Counted from the stretch's first letter, positions 18,943 through 32,405 are shown. The stretch: 64,000 nucleotides of DNA from an uncultured Candidatus Saccharibacteria bacterium (GCA_964607415.1 CAZSKK010000002.1:73991-137990); one strand, 5' to 3'. Numbers and translations: made by a program. The notes: generated by a model not told the origin, from the letters alone.

Positions 18943-20409
18943 ATGAAGAAACCAAACAAAGATATAGTAAATCGAACTGTTTTATTAAGACTGATTTCTT
19001 TCTTTTTATTATTATCCTTTTTTATAGCTTCAGTTCTTGCAATTATTATAGCTCAAGGTAATATTATCGATTTATCTAATGGAGAAATTGTTACAACAGG
19101 TACCTTAAGAATTGAAAGCAATGTAAAAGATTACAAAGTTTTTTTTGAAGACAAAGAAGTAAGTATAAGTAACAACAGGGTTGAAGATCTGCAGCCAGGA
19201 GAGTATAAAATCAGGCTTGAAAAAGCAGGTTACTCATCATGGGAAAACCTTGTAAAAATAAGAGCTGGAATAATCTCATCAATTAACGTGCAATTATTTC
19301 CTTCTAAAATAAACATTCAACGTTTTATAGATTCAGATATTAAATTCGCCACCTATTCTGGAGATGGGAAATATATTTTCTACATTGTTTCTGATCCGAT
19401 TTCTTTTCAGAATAGCGGAATTTGGAGAAGGTCATTACAGTCTTCAATTATTTCTGTAATTGAGGACTCTAAATTAAAACTTATGGACTTAACTCCAGAA
19501 CTAGAAACCTTAATCGCTACCAATGAACTCCAGGTATTCGTGTCGCCTGATAATGAAAAACTACTTATAAAAAGTATTGACAATACATCTATACAAACTA
19601 TTTCGGCTAACAAGTTTAATGCACCAAATGATCAAGATTTGATAGAAATTCCTTATCCAGTAGGAAATTTACACTGGTTTAAAGATTCCAAACATCTAAT
19701 TGTAAATTCTGGTAATTTACTTTTCAGATACAACCTTGAAGATAAATCCACAAATTTAGTTAATGTTTTCGATAAAGATCAAATTTATAATCTCTCAAAT
19801 GATTTGGGACAAATATATTTTGTTAGAAATAATAAGCTATATAGGTTTGTCGATAGAAGTGAAGAAATCGTTCAGCTGGAAGGCGAAGATGTATTTACAG
19901 AATTAGAATACATAAAATCTATAGTTTATTCAAAAGATAACATTATTATAACCAATAACACCGATGGGCTTTATTACATTGATGTTGAAGCTGGCATCAA
20001 ACAAAACATAGGTAGCTATATCCTAATCTCTGCAAGCCCTGATAATAAGAATTTTCTTCTAGAAAAAGATGGTAATTACTTCGCTCTGGAACTTGAAAAA
20101 ATAGCTAATAACAAAAGTGTAAGCTTGAATTACCAAAAATCAGACATTACTTCACCAATTAATCAAGAAAGTATACACTGGTCAACAGATTCATCTTTTT
20201 TTACTTTTAAATATATTAATAATGCTGGGGTTATTTATGCAGCAAGTAGAAAAATAAATAATATTGTTGAACTTGTAAATTTAGAGAATACTCAAATTGG
20301 CAATAATACTTTAATTAATAAAAGCAATACCGAAATACTAATTCAAATAAACATTATTTCAGAAGAAACAGGGAAAGAAATTGCCTACATTTACAGGCTA
20401 GATATTTAA
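18943..20409 (+). CDS. PEGA domain-containing membrane-anchored protein with beta-propeller-like C-terminus
   Basis: N-terminal TM, TGTLRIES...LQPGEYKIRLEKAGYSSW (PEGA), repeated SPD/SGD-type blades. Confidence 0.75.
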   Translation: MKKPNKDIVNRTVLLRLISFFLLLSFFIASVLAIIIAQGNIIDLSNGEIVTTGTLRIESNVKDYKVFFEDKEVSISNNRVEDLQPGEYKIRLEKAGYSSWENLVKIRAGIISSINVQLFPSKINIQRFIDSDIKFATYSGDGKYIFYIVSDPISFQNSGIWRRSLQSSIISVIEDSKLKLMDLTPELETLIATNELQVFVSPDNEKLLIKSIDNTSIQTISANKFNAPNDQDLIEIPYPVGNLHWFKDSKHLIVNSGNLLFRYNLEDKSTNLVNVFDKDQIYNLSNDLGQIYFVRNNKLYRFVDRSEEIVQLEGEDVFTELEYIKSIVYSKDNIIITNNTDGLYYIDVEAGIKQNIGSYILISASPDNKNFLLEKDGNYFALELEKIANNKSVSLNYQKSDITSPINQESIHWSTDSSFFTFKYINNAGVIYAASRKINNIVELVNLENTQIGNNTLINKSNTEILIQINIISEETGKEIAYIYRLDI

Positions 20410-20450
20410 ATACCGTAGACTACAGTCAGGATAGCAATCTACGGTATTTT
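20408..20450. terminator. Bidirectional terminator between convergent genes
   Basis: AAATACCGTAGA/TCTACGGTATTT inverted repeat. Confidence 0.65.
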
Positions 20451-20473
20451 GTTTCTTAATTACATTTAATTTT

Positions 20474-21082
20474 CTAATTCTTTTTTTCAGATTCCCATTC
20501 CATTGAATAAAGAATTTTTTCTATTGCCAAATCATAGTCAAATATTTCTTTTTCGGTAAACCATACTTTAAGTTCTCTTTCAGCTTCATCAACGGAACTT
20601 GAAGCATGCACAAGATTTCTTGCAGCTCTATCCACCTCATCGGCAACAATATATGAATCTATGGTAAAATCTGCTCTAATTGTTCCTACGTCTGCAGACA
20701 ATGGGCTACCATGCCCTACAAGCTTCCTTACATGTTCAATTGCATGAGCTGATTCAATAACCATTGCAATTACTGGCCCAGCAGTTAAAAACCTTACTAA
20801 TTTTTCTTGCACTTTTTCCGCTAATTCAATGGGAGACTTATCTAATTCAATCCCCTTAGCTTTATAAATTTCAATTGTTCTGTTACCAGTTTTTGTTTTC
20901 TCTTCATCACTCCACCAGTAGTGTTTTCTTGCTTGTTCTTCTGTAGCCCAGACCATTTTCATTGCTGCTACTTTTAAACCTTTTTTTTCAAACCTTGATA
21001 AAATTTCGCCCATTAGCCCTCTTTGAACTGCATCGGGTTTTAGAAGAACCAAGGTTCTTTCGTGAGATTGTGTTTTAACCAT
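20474..21082 (-). CDS. ndk: Nucleoside-diphosphate kinase
   Basis: ERTLVLLKPDAVQRGL, GTIRADF, RNLVHAS (catalytic His). Confidence 0.97.
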   Translation of the reverse strand: MVKTQSHERTLVLLKPDAVQRGLMGEILSRFEKKGLKVAAMKMVWATEEQARKHYWWSDEEKTKTGNRTIEIYKAKGIELDKSPIELAEKVQEKLVRFLTAGPVIAMVIESAHAIEHVRKLVGHGSPLSADVGTIRADFTIDSYIVADEVDRAARNLVHASSSVDEAERELKVWFTEKEIFDYDLAIEKILYSMEWESEKKN

Positions 21083-21216
21083 AATAAAAATTTAAAAGTT
21101 AAATGTTAAATGAATAAGTTGATTGTCCTTAGCCAATAGTTATTATATTCTCAATAGCATGAATCGTGAATCACACATTCACGACGAATTTGGTCTAAGA
21201 GTTCAGTAACTTTATC

Positions 21217-21412
21217 TACTTAACAACATAAAATGTTGTTTCGGGAATGCCTTGTGATATCCCAAACAACACATTGTGTTGTTTGCAAAAATTATATACC
21301 CTTGATAGGAGTCGAACCTATTTCTTTTTTATATTCTCGACAGCATAATATGCTGTCTCGGGATTGCTCTATCCCAAAACATGACATTGTCATGTTTTGC
21401 AAAACTAAAAAC
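21217..21412 (-). pseudogene. Two decayed tandem tRNA-Arg relics interrupted by four hairpin elements
   Basis: On the - strand, GGATAGAGCAA, TAGGTTCGACTCCTATCAAGGGTA and GGATATCACAAGGCATTCC match parts of the adjacent tRNA-Arg. Hairpins at 21222-21240, 21264-21284, 21339-21357 and 21376-21398. Confidence 0.7.
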
Positions 21413-21484
21413 TACCCTCACTAGGAATCGAACCTAGATCTAGGCGTTAGGAATGCCTTGTTCTATCCGTTGAACTATGAGGGC
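21413..21484 (-). tRNA. tRNA-Arg(CCT)
   Basis: GCCCTCA...TGAGGGT-A cloverleaf, anticodon loop TTCCTAA. Confidence 0.93.
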
Positions 21485-21581
21485 TTTTGTTACATCGAAT
21501 TATATAGCAGAATTCTTAACTGTGAAAGAATAAAATTAAAGAAACGAAGGCTTAAAGTAACTACCAACTTATTACTTAATC

Positions 21582-22823
21582 TTAATACGGTCTCCAGTAT
21601 GGTATATATGGCGCTGTATCAACTGCGAACCCGCCAACTTTTAAAGTCAAGTGAAGGTGAGTACCAGTGCAATTGCCTGTACACCCCATATTCAGGATCT
21701 CCTGCCCTCCATATACTGTGTCCCCTGCTCTAACCCATACATTTCCATCTCCGTGATAGTAGTATGACCTTATCCCATTACCATGATCTATTACTACAGA
21801 ATAACCTCCACCTGCAACTACTTCCCACCCTGCAACTACAACTTTACCCGCAGCAATAGCCCTGATAGGACACCCTCCTCCTTTTGCAAGGTCAACTCCA
21901 TCATGCCATCCTGAAAAGCCTCTACTCCATGAGTATCCGGCACACGAAGGATGAGACAACGGATCAACAAAGTTAAGCCCATTTAAAGCTTGAACTTGTA
22001 CATCAGTTAAAATTGAAGCACTAGTATAAGGAGCGGAAAAATATGATGATGGACCTGGTATTGGTGGAGGTGGAGCTGGTAAGCTTCCTCCAGGAATTAG
22101 AACTCTAAAATCCTGAGCTAGTGTTTTATTAGCATCATTTATCTGATTAATTTCTAAAACTTCAAATTGATCACCATTCTTAACCTGGCTTAAAATCCAA
22201 CTTATTGTGTCTCCTGATTTTGCTTTATATAAGACTCCATTAATTTCTGGAATATATAAAATGTCCCCAGGTTTAAGATTCTCTTGGTAATAATCTATCT
22301 TATCCCTATTAGAATCTTTGATTGTTTCTTTTGAAATACTATATTTTTTAGCAAGATCTTCAAGCTTATCTCCCGATTGAACGGTGTATTCGAAAATTCT
22401 AAAGTTTGAAGGAGTGGTTGAAGCTAAAACAGTTTGTATGCTTCCGCCCTGCTCCAATACGTCAATGTTACTTATAATTCCAGATCCGGATTCTATGGTT
22501 GCATTTACTTGACTACTTTCACTGATTCTTGAAGAAATTCCCGTTACTAAAATAGACACAGTTAGAATTACAAAAAGAGTATGCAAAATCTTTTTATACA
22601 AATTTCCTCTACCCCAGAATAACCTATAAACAAAGCCTGTTTTTACATTCAATGAAATTTCAAATAAAGAACCGACAATAATTGGTATTATTTGAGAAAG
22701 TTTTTTCAAAGCCATAATCAATAGTCCCAGCAAATTTACCGGTATATTAATTATGTTTTTGGCTATATTCTTTGTTTTTAAATTCTTTAAAGGTTTGACC
22801 TTTAAAGATCTTATTTTCTTCAC
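21582..22823 (-). CDS. LysM + M23 family metallopeptidase
   Basis: YTVQSGD LysM; HDGVD (HxxxD) and HLH zinc motifs. Confidence 0.92.
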   Translation of the reverse strand: MKKIRSLKVKPLKNLKTKNIAKNIINIPVNLLGLLIMALKKLSQIIPIIVGSLFEISLNVKTGFVYRLFWGRGNLYKKILHTLFVILTVSILVTGISSRISESSQVNATIESGSGIISNIDVLEQGGSIQTVLASTTPSNFRIFEYTVQSGDKLEDLAKKYSISKETIKDSNRDKIDYYQENLKPGDILYIPEINGVLYKAKSGDTISWILSQVKNGDQFEVLEINQINDANKTLAQDFRVLIPGGSLPAPPPPIPGPSSYFSAPYTSASILTDVQVQALNGLNFVDPLSHPSCAGYSWSRGFSGWHDGVDLAKGGGCPIRAIAAGKVVVAGWEVVAGGGYSVVIDHGNGIRSYYYHGDGNVWVRAGDTVYGGQEILNMGCTGNCTGTHLHLTLKVGGFAVDTAPYIPYWRPY

Positions 22824-22897
22824 TTTTATTTAGTTTTAATATAAAAGATTATTAGAAACCTTCTACAATTATACCAAAAAATGCGTTTTATTTCCTC

Positions 22898-24187
22898 CTA
22901 TAAAGGCTCATGCAATGTTGCAAGAAATTCCTCATTATTTTTAGTCTTTTTTAATCTTTGAACCAAAACTTCTGTAGGATTTGAATTTGTCTCAGCTTTC
23001 AAAGTATCCAACATACGTACAACTTTCCAACTTTGAGCCAATACTTCAGGTGATAGCAATTTATCTTCATTTCTTGTATAAGATGAAGTAACATCTATTG
23101 CTGGGTAAATTCTTCTTTCTGTAAGCCTTCTATCAAGTTTAACTTCCATGTTTCCTGTACCTTTGAACTCTTCAAAAATAACATCGTCCATTTTACTTCC
23201 AGTATCAACAAGTGCCGTTGCAATAATAGTTAAACTACCACCATTTTCCATGTTTCTTGCAGCTCCAAAGAATTTCTTTGGAGGATAAACAGCAACAGGA
23301 TCAAAACCTCCCGATAGAGTTCTACCTGAAGGAGGAGCAGTTATGTTATATGCTCTAGCAAGCCTTGTAATACTATCCATTAAAATAACTACATCTTTTC
23401 CCATTTCTACAAGCCTCTTAGCTCGCTCGACCGCCATTTCAGCAATCTTTGTATGATACTCAGGTGGTTCATCAAAATTTGCTGCAATCACTTCTCCTTT
23501 AACAAATCTTCTCAAATCAGTCACTTCCTCTGGTCTTTCACCAACTAAAACCACCATTAAGTGAATTTCAGGATGGTTAGCAGCAACCCCTGCAGCAATA
23601 TCCTTAAGCAACCATGTCTTACCAGCTTTAGGAGGGGCTACGATCATGCCTCTTTGACCTTTACCTATTGGGCAAAGAACATCAATAATTCTTGTTGCTA
23701 AAGTATGCTGATCTGTTTCCAGTTTTATTTGCTCATCTGGGTAAATTGGAGTTAATTCCATAAATGAAGGTCTAGCAATTGCATATTCGGGGCTCATTCC
23801 GTTAATAGCTTCAATTTTAAGAAGGCTCAAATATCTTTCCCCTTCTTTAGGTGGCCTTGCTTGTCCTGAGATAAAATCACCTTGCCTTAAATTGAACCTT
23901 TTTATTTGTGAGCTTGAAACATATACATCATTTTCACCGGGTAACATTGAAAGGGATCTTAAAACACCGTGAGAATCTTTTACAAGTTCCAAATAACCTT
24001 CAGCAAAAATATTTCCACCTCTTTTAGTTTGCTCTGCAAGTATTTGTAAAATCAGTTCGTTTTTTTTGTAGTCCTGCAAGTTCTTTATATCAAGTTTACC
24101 TGCAAGCTTTCTAAGTTCCGCTAATGTTTTATCTTCAAGTTCTTTAAGACTTGTAGACTGAACAATATTATCTTTCTGAACAGCCAT
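22898..24187 (-). CDS. rho: Transcription termination factor Rho
   Basis: [37 protein letters not shown]. Confidence 0.98.
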   Translation of the reverse strand: MAVQKDNIVQSTSLKELEDKTLAELRKLAGKLDIKNLQDYKKNELILQILAEQTKRGGNIFAEGYLELVKDSHGVLRSLSMLPGENDVYVSSSQIKRFNLRQGDFISGQARPPKEGERYLSLLKIEAINGMSPEYAIARPSFMELTPIYPDEQIKLETDQHTLATRIIDVLCPIGKGQRGMIVAPPKAGKTWLLKDIAAGVAANHPEIHLMVVLVGERPEEVTDLRRFVKGEVIAANFDEPPEYHTKIAEMAVERAKRLVEMGKDVVILMDSITRLARAYNITAPPSGRTLSGGFDPVAVYPPKKFFGAARNMENGGSLTIIATALVDTGSKMDDVIFEEFKGTGNMEVKLDRRLTERRIYPAIDVTSSYTRNEDKLLSPEVLAQSWKVVRMLDTLKAETNSNPTEVLVQRLKKTKNNEEFLATLHEPL

Positions 24188-24428
24188 AATAATGAAAAGT
24201 TAATAGTTAAATATATTTAATAATAAATTTACAATTTTTAATTTTTAAACAATTTTCAAGAATTTAAATCACAAATAGCTAAATCTGAACAGTTTAATGC
24301 CTTAAGTTTTAAATTTTTCTATGTTATTAATTTCAAATTAAAAATTAGAAATTGACTCCTGGGGAATTAATTGCGAGAGATCTCAGTAACAATATATATA
24401 AAAAAATAAAATGAATCAATACGTTTGT

Positions 24429-24562
24429 GAAATTTAATTTAAGAAGCAATTGCTATTTAATCCGAGAGTCCAGTAAGTTCAATCCCGGATTGGGAAATGA
24501 TGTACGCGAACCAGACTCTGGGACCAAATAGCAATTGTAAAAGAACGTAAATTAACGATTTC
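24429..24562 (-). ncRNA. Candidate structured small RNA (rod with central bubble; 6S-like)
   Basis: Terminal stem, asymmetric bubble and ~28-bp stem with apical hairpin; 5' end falls at the predicted start of a near-consensus promoter. Confidence 0.55.
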
Positions 24563-24569
24563 TATACCT

Positions 24570-24597
24570 ATTATACCCTATAAATTCACTTCGTCAA
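24570..24597 (-). promoter_or_regulatory. sigma70-type promoter
   Basis: TTGACG-16 nt-TATAAT on the - strand. Confidence 0.65.
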
Positions 24598-24781
24598 GTC
24601 TTATAGTATTTTTTTTATACCGTCTTATAGTATTTTGGGGGTGCTGCAAAAATTCACAAAATTACCGCCTGATCTTTAAATACAGGTGTAATAAGATCTT
24701 AGCGAACAGATAGCCAATTTAACGGTTTCTGAAAAATTTGGGAAAAATTTGGGAAGCGATGCTGTTTTTGGGAGTCATTAA

Positions 24782-27355
24782 TTATTTTTCCATCTCAAAA
24801 CTTACTCTTTTATTTTTTAATACAGCATTAATTCTAAGCAATTCCTTCCTTTTTCTAATAACTTTAGTTTGAAGCAGGAATGTAGCAAGTCCATCTTCAA
24901 GTACCTCAGTTACTTTTCTTCTTATATTTCTCCCTCCATATTCTTTACTATAGCCATGCTCATTTATATATTTAGCTACAGAATCGGATACATTTAACAT
25001 TATGCCTTTCTCTATAAGTCTCAAGATCAGTTCGTTTACAAGATTTTTAGAAATTTGCAAACAATCATCCTTATTCAAACCCCTGAATACATTTATAGAA
25101 TCTATTCTGTTAATAAATTCTGGAGTTAACGAAAATTTTAATTCCTCAAGGATCCTTTCCCTCATCTCATCATATGCAGTCTCTACCTCTGCATCATTCT
25201 TAGATTCTATAGGGATATCAAATCCAAGTTTTGTATCTTTTGAAACTTTCTCCGCACCAATATTCGAAGTCATTATGATAATACAATTTTTAAAGCTTAC
25301 CTTAATCCCTTTAGAATCTGTAAGATTCCCCTCCTCTAAAATTTGCAAAAGTACATTTAGTGTATCAGCATGAGCCTTTTCAATTTCATCAAAAAGAATT
25401 ACAGAATATGGCTTTCTCCTCACAAAAGTCGTTAGCTGGCCGCCTTCCTGATGCCCAACGTATCCAGGAGGAGATCCAATAAGCTTAGAAACGCTGTGCA
25501 TTTCCATAAACTCACTCATATCAACTTGATACAAAAGATTACTGGAGCCAAACAGTTCTTTCGCAAGAGTTTTAGCAAGCTCTGTTTTGCCTACTCCTGT
25601 TGGACCCAGGAACAAAAATGATGCCAGAGGTCTTTTTTCATCGTTTAATCCTAAATGCGATCTTTGTATCGCAAGTGATACGTTTTCTACCACATTATCT
25701 TGCCCCACTATACTCTCTTTAAGCTTTGAGGTTAATGTCTTTAAAGTTTTATCGGATATGTCGCTGGCTGCGATTGGGATTTTTGTCCACTCAACAATAA
25801 TGCTTCGTATCAAATCTGCATCTACTTTCTGAGCAAACTTTGTTTTAGGTTTCTTCTTACCTTCAATTATATCTTCAATCTCATCTACTATAATGTCTTC
25901 TTCCTGTTTAAATTTAGAAGCGATTTCGTAATTAGAGGCATCAAGTGCTTGCTGTTTTTTATTTTGAATTTTAATTAACTTATTTCCTAAAGAGCTTAAT
26001 TCAGGTTCTATTGCTACTTCTCTACCAATTTTTACACTAGCAGCGGCTTCATCAATCAAATCGATTGCTTTATCTGGTAAATACCTATCTTGAATAAATT
26101 TAGACGACAAAACAACAGCATCATCAATTGCTTCCTTACTAATTTTAACCTTATGAAAAGATTCAAATTGAGGAACCAAGTTATATAAAATCTCTTTTGC
26201 ACTTTCCACGTTTATTTCATCAACCATAATGGGCTGAAACCGCCTTTTTAGAGCAGAATCCTCCTCGAAGTACTTGTTGTACTCATCATAGGTTGTAGCG
26301 CCTATTACGGTCAATTCTGAGCTTGTAAGATATGGTTTTAATATGTTTGCAATATCGAGCGAGTCTTTTCCTCCACTGGACCCAGCTCCAACAATCATAT
26401 GTATCTCATCAATAAACAGAATTGTTTGGCCATCTTCGATCACTTCATCTATTACTCCTTTAATCCTTTCCTCCACATCTCCCCTTAATCTTGCACCAGC
26501 TATAATAGATGAAATATCAAGGCTCATTACCCTTTTATTAATAAAAGATGCAGGCAGTTGTTTATTTACAAGCAAATTAACAAAACCTTCAACTATTGCT
26601 GTTTTACCAACACCAGCATCTCCAACTAAAATTGCATTATTCTTTGTTTTCCTTGAAAGTATATGAATTAACCTTTGTATTTCTTTATCGCGACCAGTAA
26701 TATTATGATATTTCCCCTGAGCCGCTATTTCATTCATATCTCTACAGAAATATGGCATCTGCGCTTCCTCTTCTTTGCTTCTAAGAAAATCTTTGCCAAA
26801 TGGAACTCCTAATGATGAAAATGGATCATCTTTAGTTTCAAAATTTGAATCTTTTAATGGATAACTTCCGATTGATATCAATGTTTTTCTTAGTGATTCA
26901 TAATCTATACCTATTTTCTTTACATCTTCTATAAAGTCAATTCCAGGAGTTCTAAACATTGACAGTAAAATATGTTCCGTTCCTACGTAAACATGATTTA
27001 AATCAGAAGCAACAAGGAAACTTTCGTTTAAAACATTTTTGATCTGTATAGAAAATCCTGGTTTAGTTATTACTTCTAAATTTAGTGGATTCAAATCAGA
27101 AGGACTATATTCACTTAGTTTACTTCTTACACGTTTAATTGTTGCTTCTATGTCAATTCCAAGTCTATTAAATACTTCATCAACAACACCATTTTTATCA
27201 AGCATAAGACTTAGGAAAAGATGAATAGGCATGTATTCAAAAGCTTTATTTTCTAAAGCAATCCTGTACCCTTCACCTATTATCCTTCGTGCATTTATGG
27301 TGAATCTATTTACTCCTTTTATATCTTCTTCGTTCAGAGGTATATTGCTATTCAT
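24782..27355 (-). CDS. clpC: ATP-dependent Clp protease ATP-binding subunit ClpC
   Basis: Clp-N repeats, GDAGVGKT/FIDEIH, UVR-like middle domain, GPTGVGKT/LFDEIEK, LGF ClpP-docking loop. Confidence 0.9.
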   Translation of the reverse strand: MNSNIPLNEEDIKGVNRFTINARRIIGEGYRIALENKAFEYMPIHLFLSLMLDKNGVVDEVFNRLGIDIEATIKRVRSKLSEYSPSDLNPLNLEVITKPGFSIQIKNVLNESFLVASDLNHVYVGTEHILLSMFRTPGIDFIEDVKKIGIDYESLRKTLISIGSYPLKDSNFETKDDPFSSLGVPFGKDFLRSKEEEAQMPYFCRDMNEIAAQGKYHNITGRDKEIQRLIHILSRKTKNNAILVGDAGVGKTAIVEGFVNLLVNKQLPASFINKRVMSLDISSIIAGARLRGDVEERIKGVIDEVIEDGQTILFIDEIHMIVGAGSSGGKDSLDIANILKPYLTSSELTVIGATTYDEYNKYFEEDSALKRRFQPIMVDEINVESAKEILYNLVPQFESFHKVKISKEAIDDAVVLSSKFIQDRYLPDKAIDLIDEAAASVKIGREVAIEPELSSLGNKLIKIQNKKQQALDASNYEIASKFKQEEDIIVDEIEDIIEGKKKPKTKFAQKVDADLIRSIIVEWTKIPIAASDISDKTLKTLTSKLKESIVGQDNVVENVSLAIQRSHLGLNDEKRPLASFLFLGPTGVGKTELAKTLAKELFGSSNLLYQVDMSEFMEMHSVSKLIGSPPGYVGHQEGGQLTTFVRRKPYSVILFDEIEKAHADTLNVLLQILEEGNLTDSKGIKVSFKNCIIIMTSNIGAEKVSKDTKLGFDIPIESKNDAEVETAYDEMRERILEELKFSLTPEFINRIDSINVFRGLNKDDCLQISKNLVNELILRLIEKGIMLNVSDSVAKYINEHGYSKEYGGRNIRRKVTEVLEDGLATFLLQTKVIRKRKELLRINAVLKNKRVSFEMEK

Positions 27356-27464
27356 AAAATGATTTGGTTAACTAAACAACAAATATTATATCATAGGGGT
27401 TTAGGTAATCATGCCAAGGATTTTAAGGCGAATCCTAAATGTCGTTTGGATTCTTTCATTACGC

Positions 27465-27496
27465 AAAAGAGGCGGAAATAAATTTCCGCCTCTTTT
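27465..27496 (-). terminator. Rho-independent terminator after rpsA
   Basis: AAAAGAGGCGGAAAT/ATTTCCGCCTCTTTT. Confidence 0.8.
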
Positions 27497-27515
27497 AAAG
27501 TCTCTAGTTTAAAAC

Positions 27516-28757
27516 CTATTCCTCTTCCTTTACATCTTCAAGAATCGCATCCAATCCCTCCATTTCTCTCGAGCTTTCTTCTACTTTTTCTGTGTCTTCT
27601 GATTCTGTTGCTTTTGATTTGGTTTTAGCAGCAAGCCTCTTTAAGCTCAAGCCTAAATGCCTGTCTTCATTTGAAATAGAAATAATCATAACCTTAACTT
27701 TATCTCCAATGTTTACTATTTGTGAAGGATCTTTAACAAGTTTGTTTGAAAGCTCAGAAATATGAATTAATCCGTTTAATCCTTCTTCGATTCTTACGAA
27801 TGCTCCATAATCTGCAAGACTTTTGATTTCTCCTTCAACAATTTGTCCAATCTTATACTTCTTAACAATGTTCTGCCATGGATCTTGAATAAGTCTTTTG
27901 ATACTGTAAGCAACTTTCTTACCGTTATCCATTAATCCAATTAATTGTACAGTAACTTTATCTCCAACTTTGAAAAGATCTGCTGGATTTGAAACTTTGT
28001 CCCATGAGATTTCTGACAAATGAACCAGTCCTTCAAGCCCTTTAGCATTTACGAATAGACCAAATGGTGCAATTCCTGTTACAACCCCATCTAATTTGTC
28101 TCCAACTTTCAAATTTTCTAAAGTTTCTTTTCTTTGATTAACATCTGTATCAGAATATGCATATCGTTCAGAAAGAATTACTCTATTTTTCTGTTTTTCA
28201 ATTTCCATTACTTTAACTTGAAGCTCCTCGCCAATCATTTCTGCCAATTTACCTTGAAGTTGTTTTGTAGCATCTTCTTTACTATTGTATGAACCTCCAG
28301 AATAAATTCTGCTATTTTTTAATTGAGAGCTTGGAACAAATCCTCTTAAGCCACCTCCTATTTCTACAATAACTCCCCCAGTATTAGCTTCAATTACTTT
28401 AACAGTAATTGCGGAATCATTTTTCTTAGCTTCATCAAGCTCATGCCATTTAAGCGCTACACCTGTCCTTCTGATTGAAAGTTCTATTAAACCTTCTTCA
28501 TTTTCAGGTTTTACTACAAAAGCGATAACTTTATCGCCAATTTTTTTTGCGATTTTTTCACCATCAAATCTAAGTTCTTTTCCTGAAATAACACCTTCTG
28601 CTCTACCTTCAACGTCAACTATAAGTTCTCCTGGTTTTACAGCGACAACACTACCCTCAATAATTTGACCTTTTTTGTATGTTTTTGGGAATTTGATTCC
28701 TTCAAGGAGTTTATCCATTTCACTGGATGATTTTGCTGCAAGAGTTTTTTTTGCCAT
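27516..28757 (-). CDS. rpsA: 30S ribosomal protein S1 (4 S1 domains)
   Basis: RGFVPSSQL, EGLVHLSEISW, GLIHISELS S1 repeats. Confidence 0.93.
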   Translation of the reverse strand: MAKKTLAAKSSSEMDKLLEGIKFPKTYKKGQIIEGSVVAVKPGELIVDVEGRAEGVISGKELRFDGEKIAKKIGDKVIAFVVKPENEEGLIELSIRRTGVALKWHELDEAKKNDSAITVKVIEANTGGVIVEIGGGLRGFVPSSQLKNSRIYSGGSYNSKEDATKQLQGKLAEMIGEELQVKVMEIEKQKNRVILSERYAYSDTDVNQRKETLENLKVGDKLDGVVTGIAPFGLFVNAKGLEGLVHLSEISWDKVSNPADLFKVGDKVTVQLIGLMDNGKKVAYSIKRLIQDPWQNIVKKYKIGQIVEGEIKSLADYGAFVRIEEGLNGLIHISELSNKLVKDPSQIVNIGDKVKVMIISISNEDRHLGLSLKRLAAKTKSKATESEDTEKVEESSREMEGLDAILEDVKEEE

Positions 28758-28829
28758 TTTAATTTTGTCTGGTTAAATCACCAAGACTAAAAGAGATCCA
28801 AAAATAAAAAATTTGCTCTGTCTCTTAAA

Positions 28830-28920
28830 GAGCGTATAGCTGATAGCATATAGCACATAGTTAACAGCTCCTCAGATATTCCAATTACGCTATTCGCTAT
28901 GTGCTATTTGCTTATTGCTA
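28830..28920. repeat. Degenerate heptamer (TAGCnnA) tandem repeats in inverted arrangement
   Basis: agcgtat-agctgat-agcatat-agcacat-agttaac facing tacgcta-ttcgcta-tgtgcta-tttgctt-attgcta. Similar tracts at 12174, 18864, 32754, 56925, 57609 and 62277. Confidence 0.75.
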
Positions 28921-29044
28921 ATAAAAAACCGGCGACTACCTTAGTTATTTAATTAAGTTTCTTCTGCTAAACGCAGGTAGGAGCTTTAATTAAATTGAAA
29001 AATTCTAAGAAGCGTCTGTTTGATTTTAGATTTTTAATGAAAAA

Positions 29045-29157
29045 CCGGCGACTACCTATTTTCCCAGGACCCTTCGGACCAAGTATCTTCGGCTCAACTC
29101 TGTTTCACTTCTGAGTTCGAGATGGATCAGGTGGTTCCAGAGCGATACCGTCACCGG
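29045..29157 (-). rRNA. rrf: 5S rRNA
   Basis: CCGGTGAC...GAACCACCTGATCCATCTCGAACTCAGAAGTGAAAC...GTAGTCGCCGG. Confidence 0.95.
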
Positions 29158-29342
29158 ACAAATGCGTTTTACGTTTTGCATAAAGCGTTGTATGTATTAG
29201 CGCATTTGTCTGATGACAAGTACAATAAATTTTAAAAGATCACATCACGTTTAACATCATACTTCTAACGTTAAACGCTTATGAACTCTAAAAACTGAAT
29301 AGAAAAAAGTACTCCGAGCATTTGATATAAATACCAAGAAAT

Positions 29343-32405
<3,063 letters not shown>

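Noticed and set aside
21217-21412. Possible CRISPR or mini-array
   Set aside because: Only two units, the repeats are not identical, the 'spacers' are tRNA-derived and no cas genes are present.
21233-21424. 63-aa ORF across the tRNA-Arg relics
   Set aside because: TTG/ATG-initiated frame made of hairpins and tRNA fragments; no coding signal.
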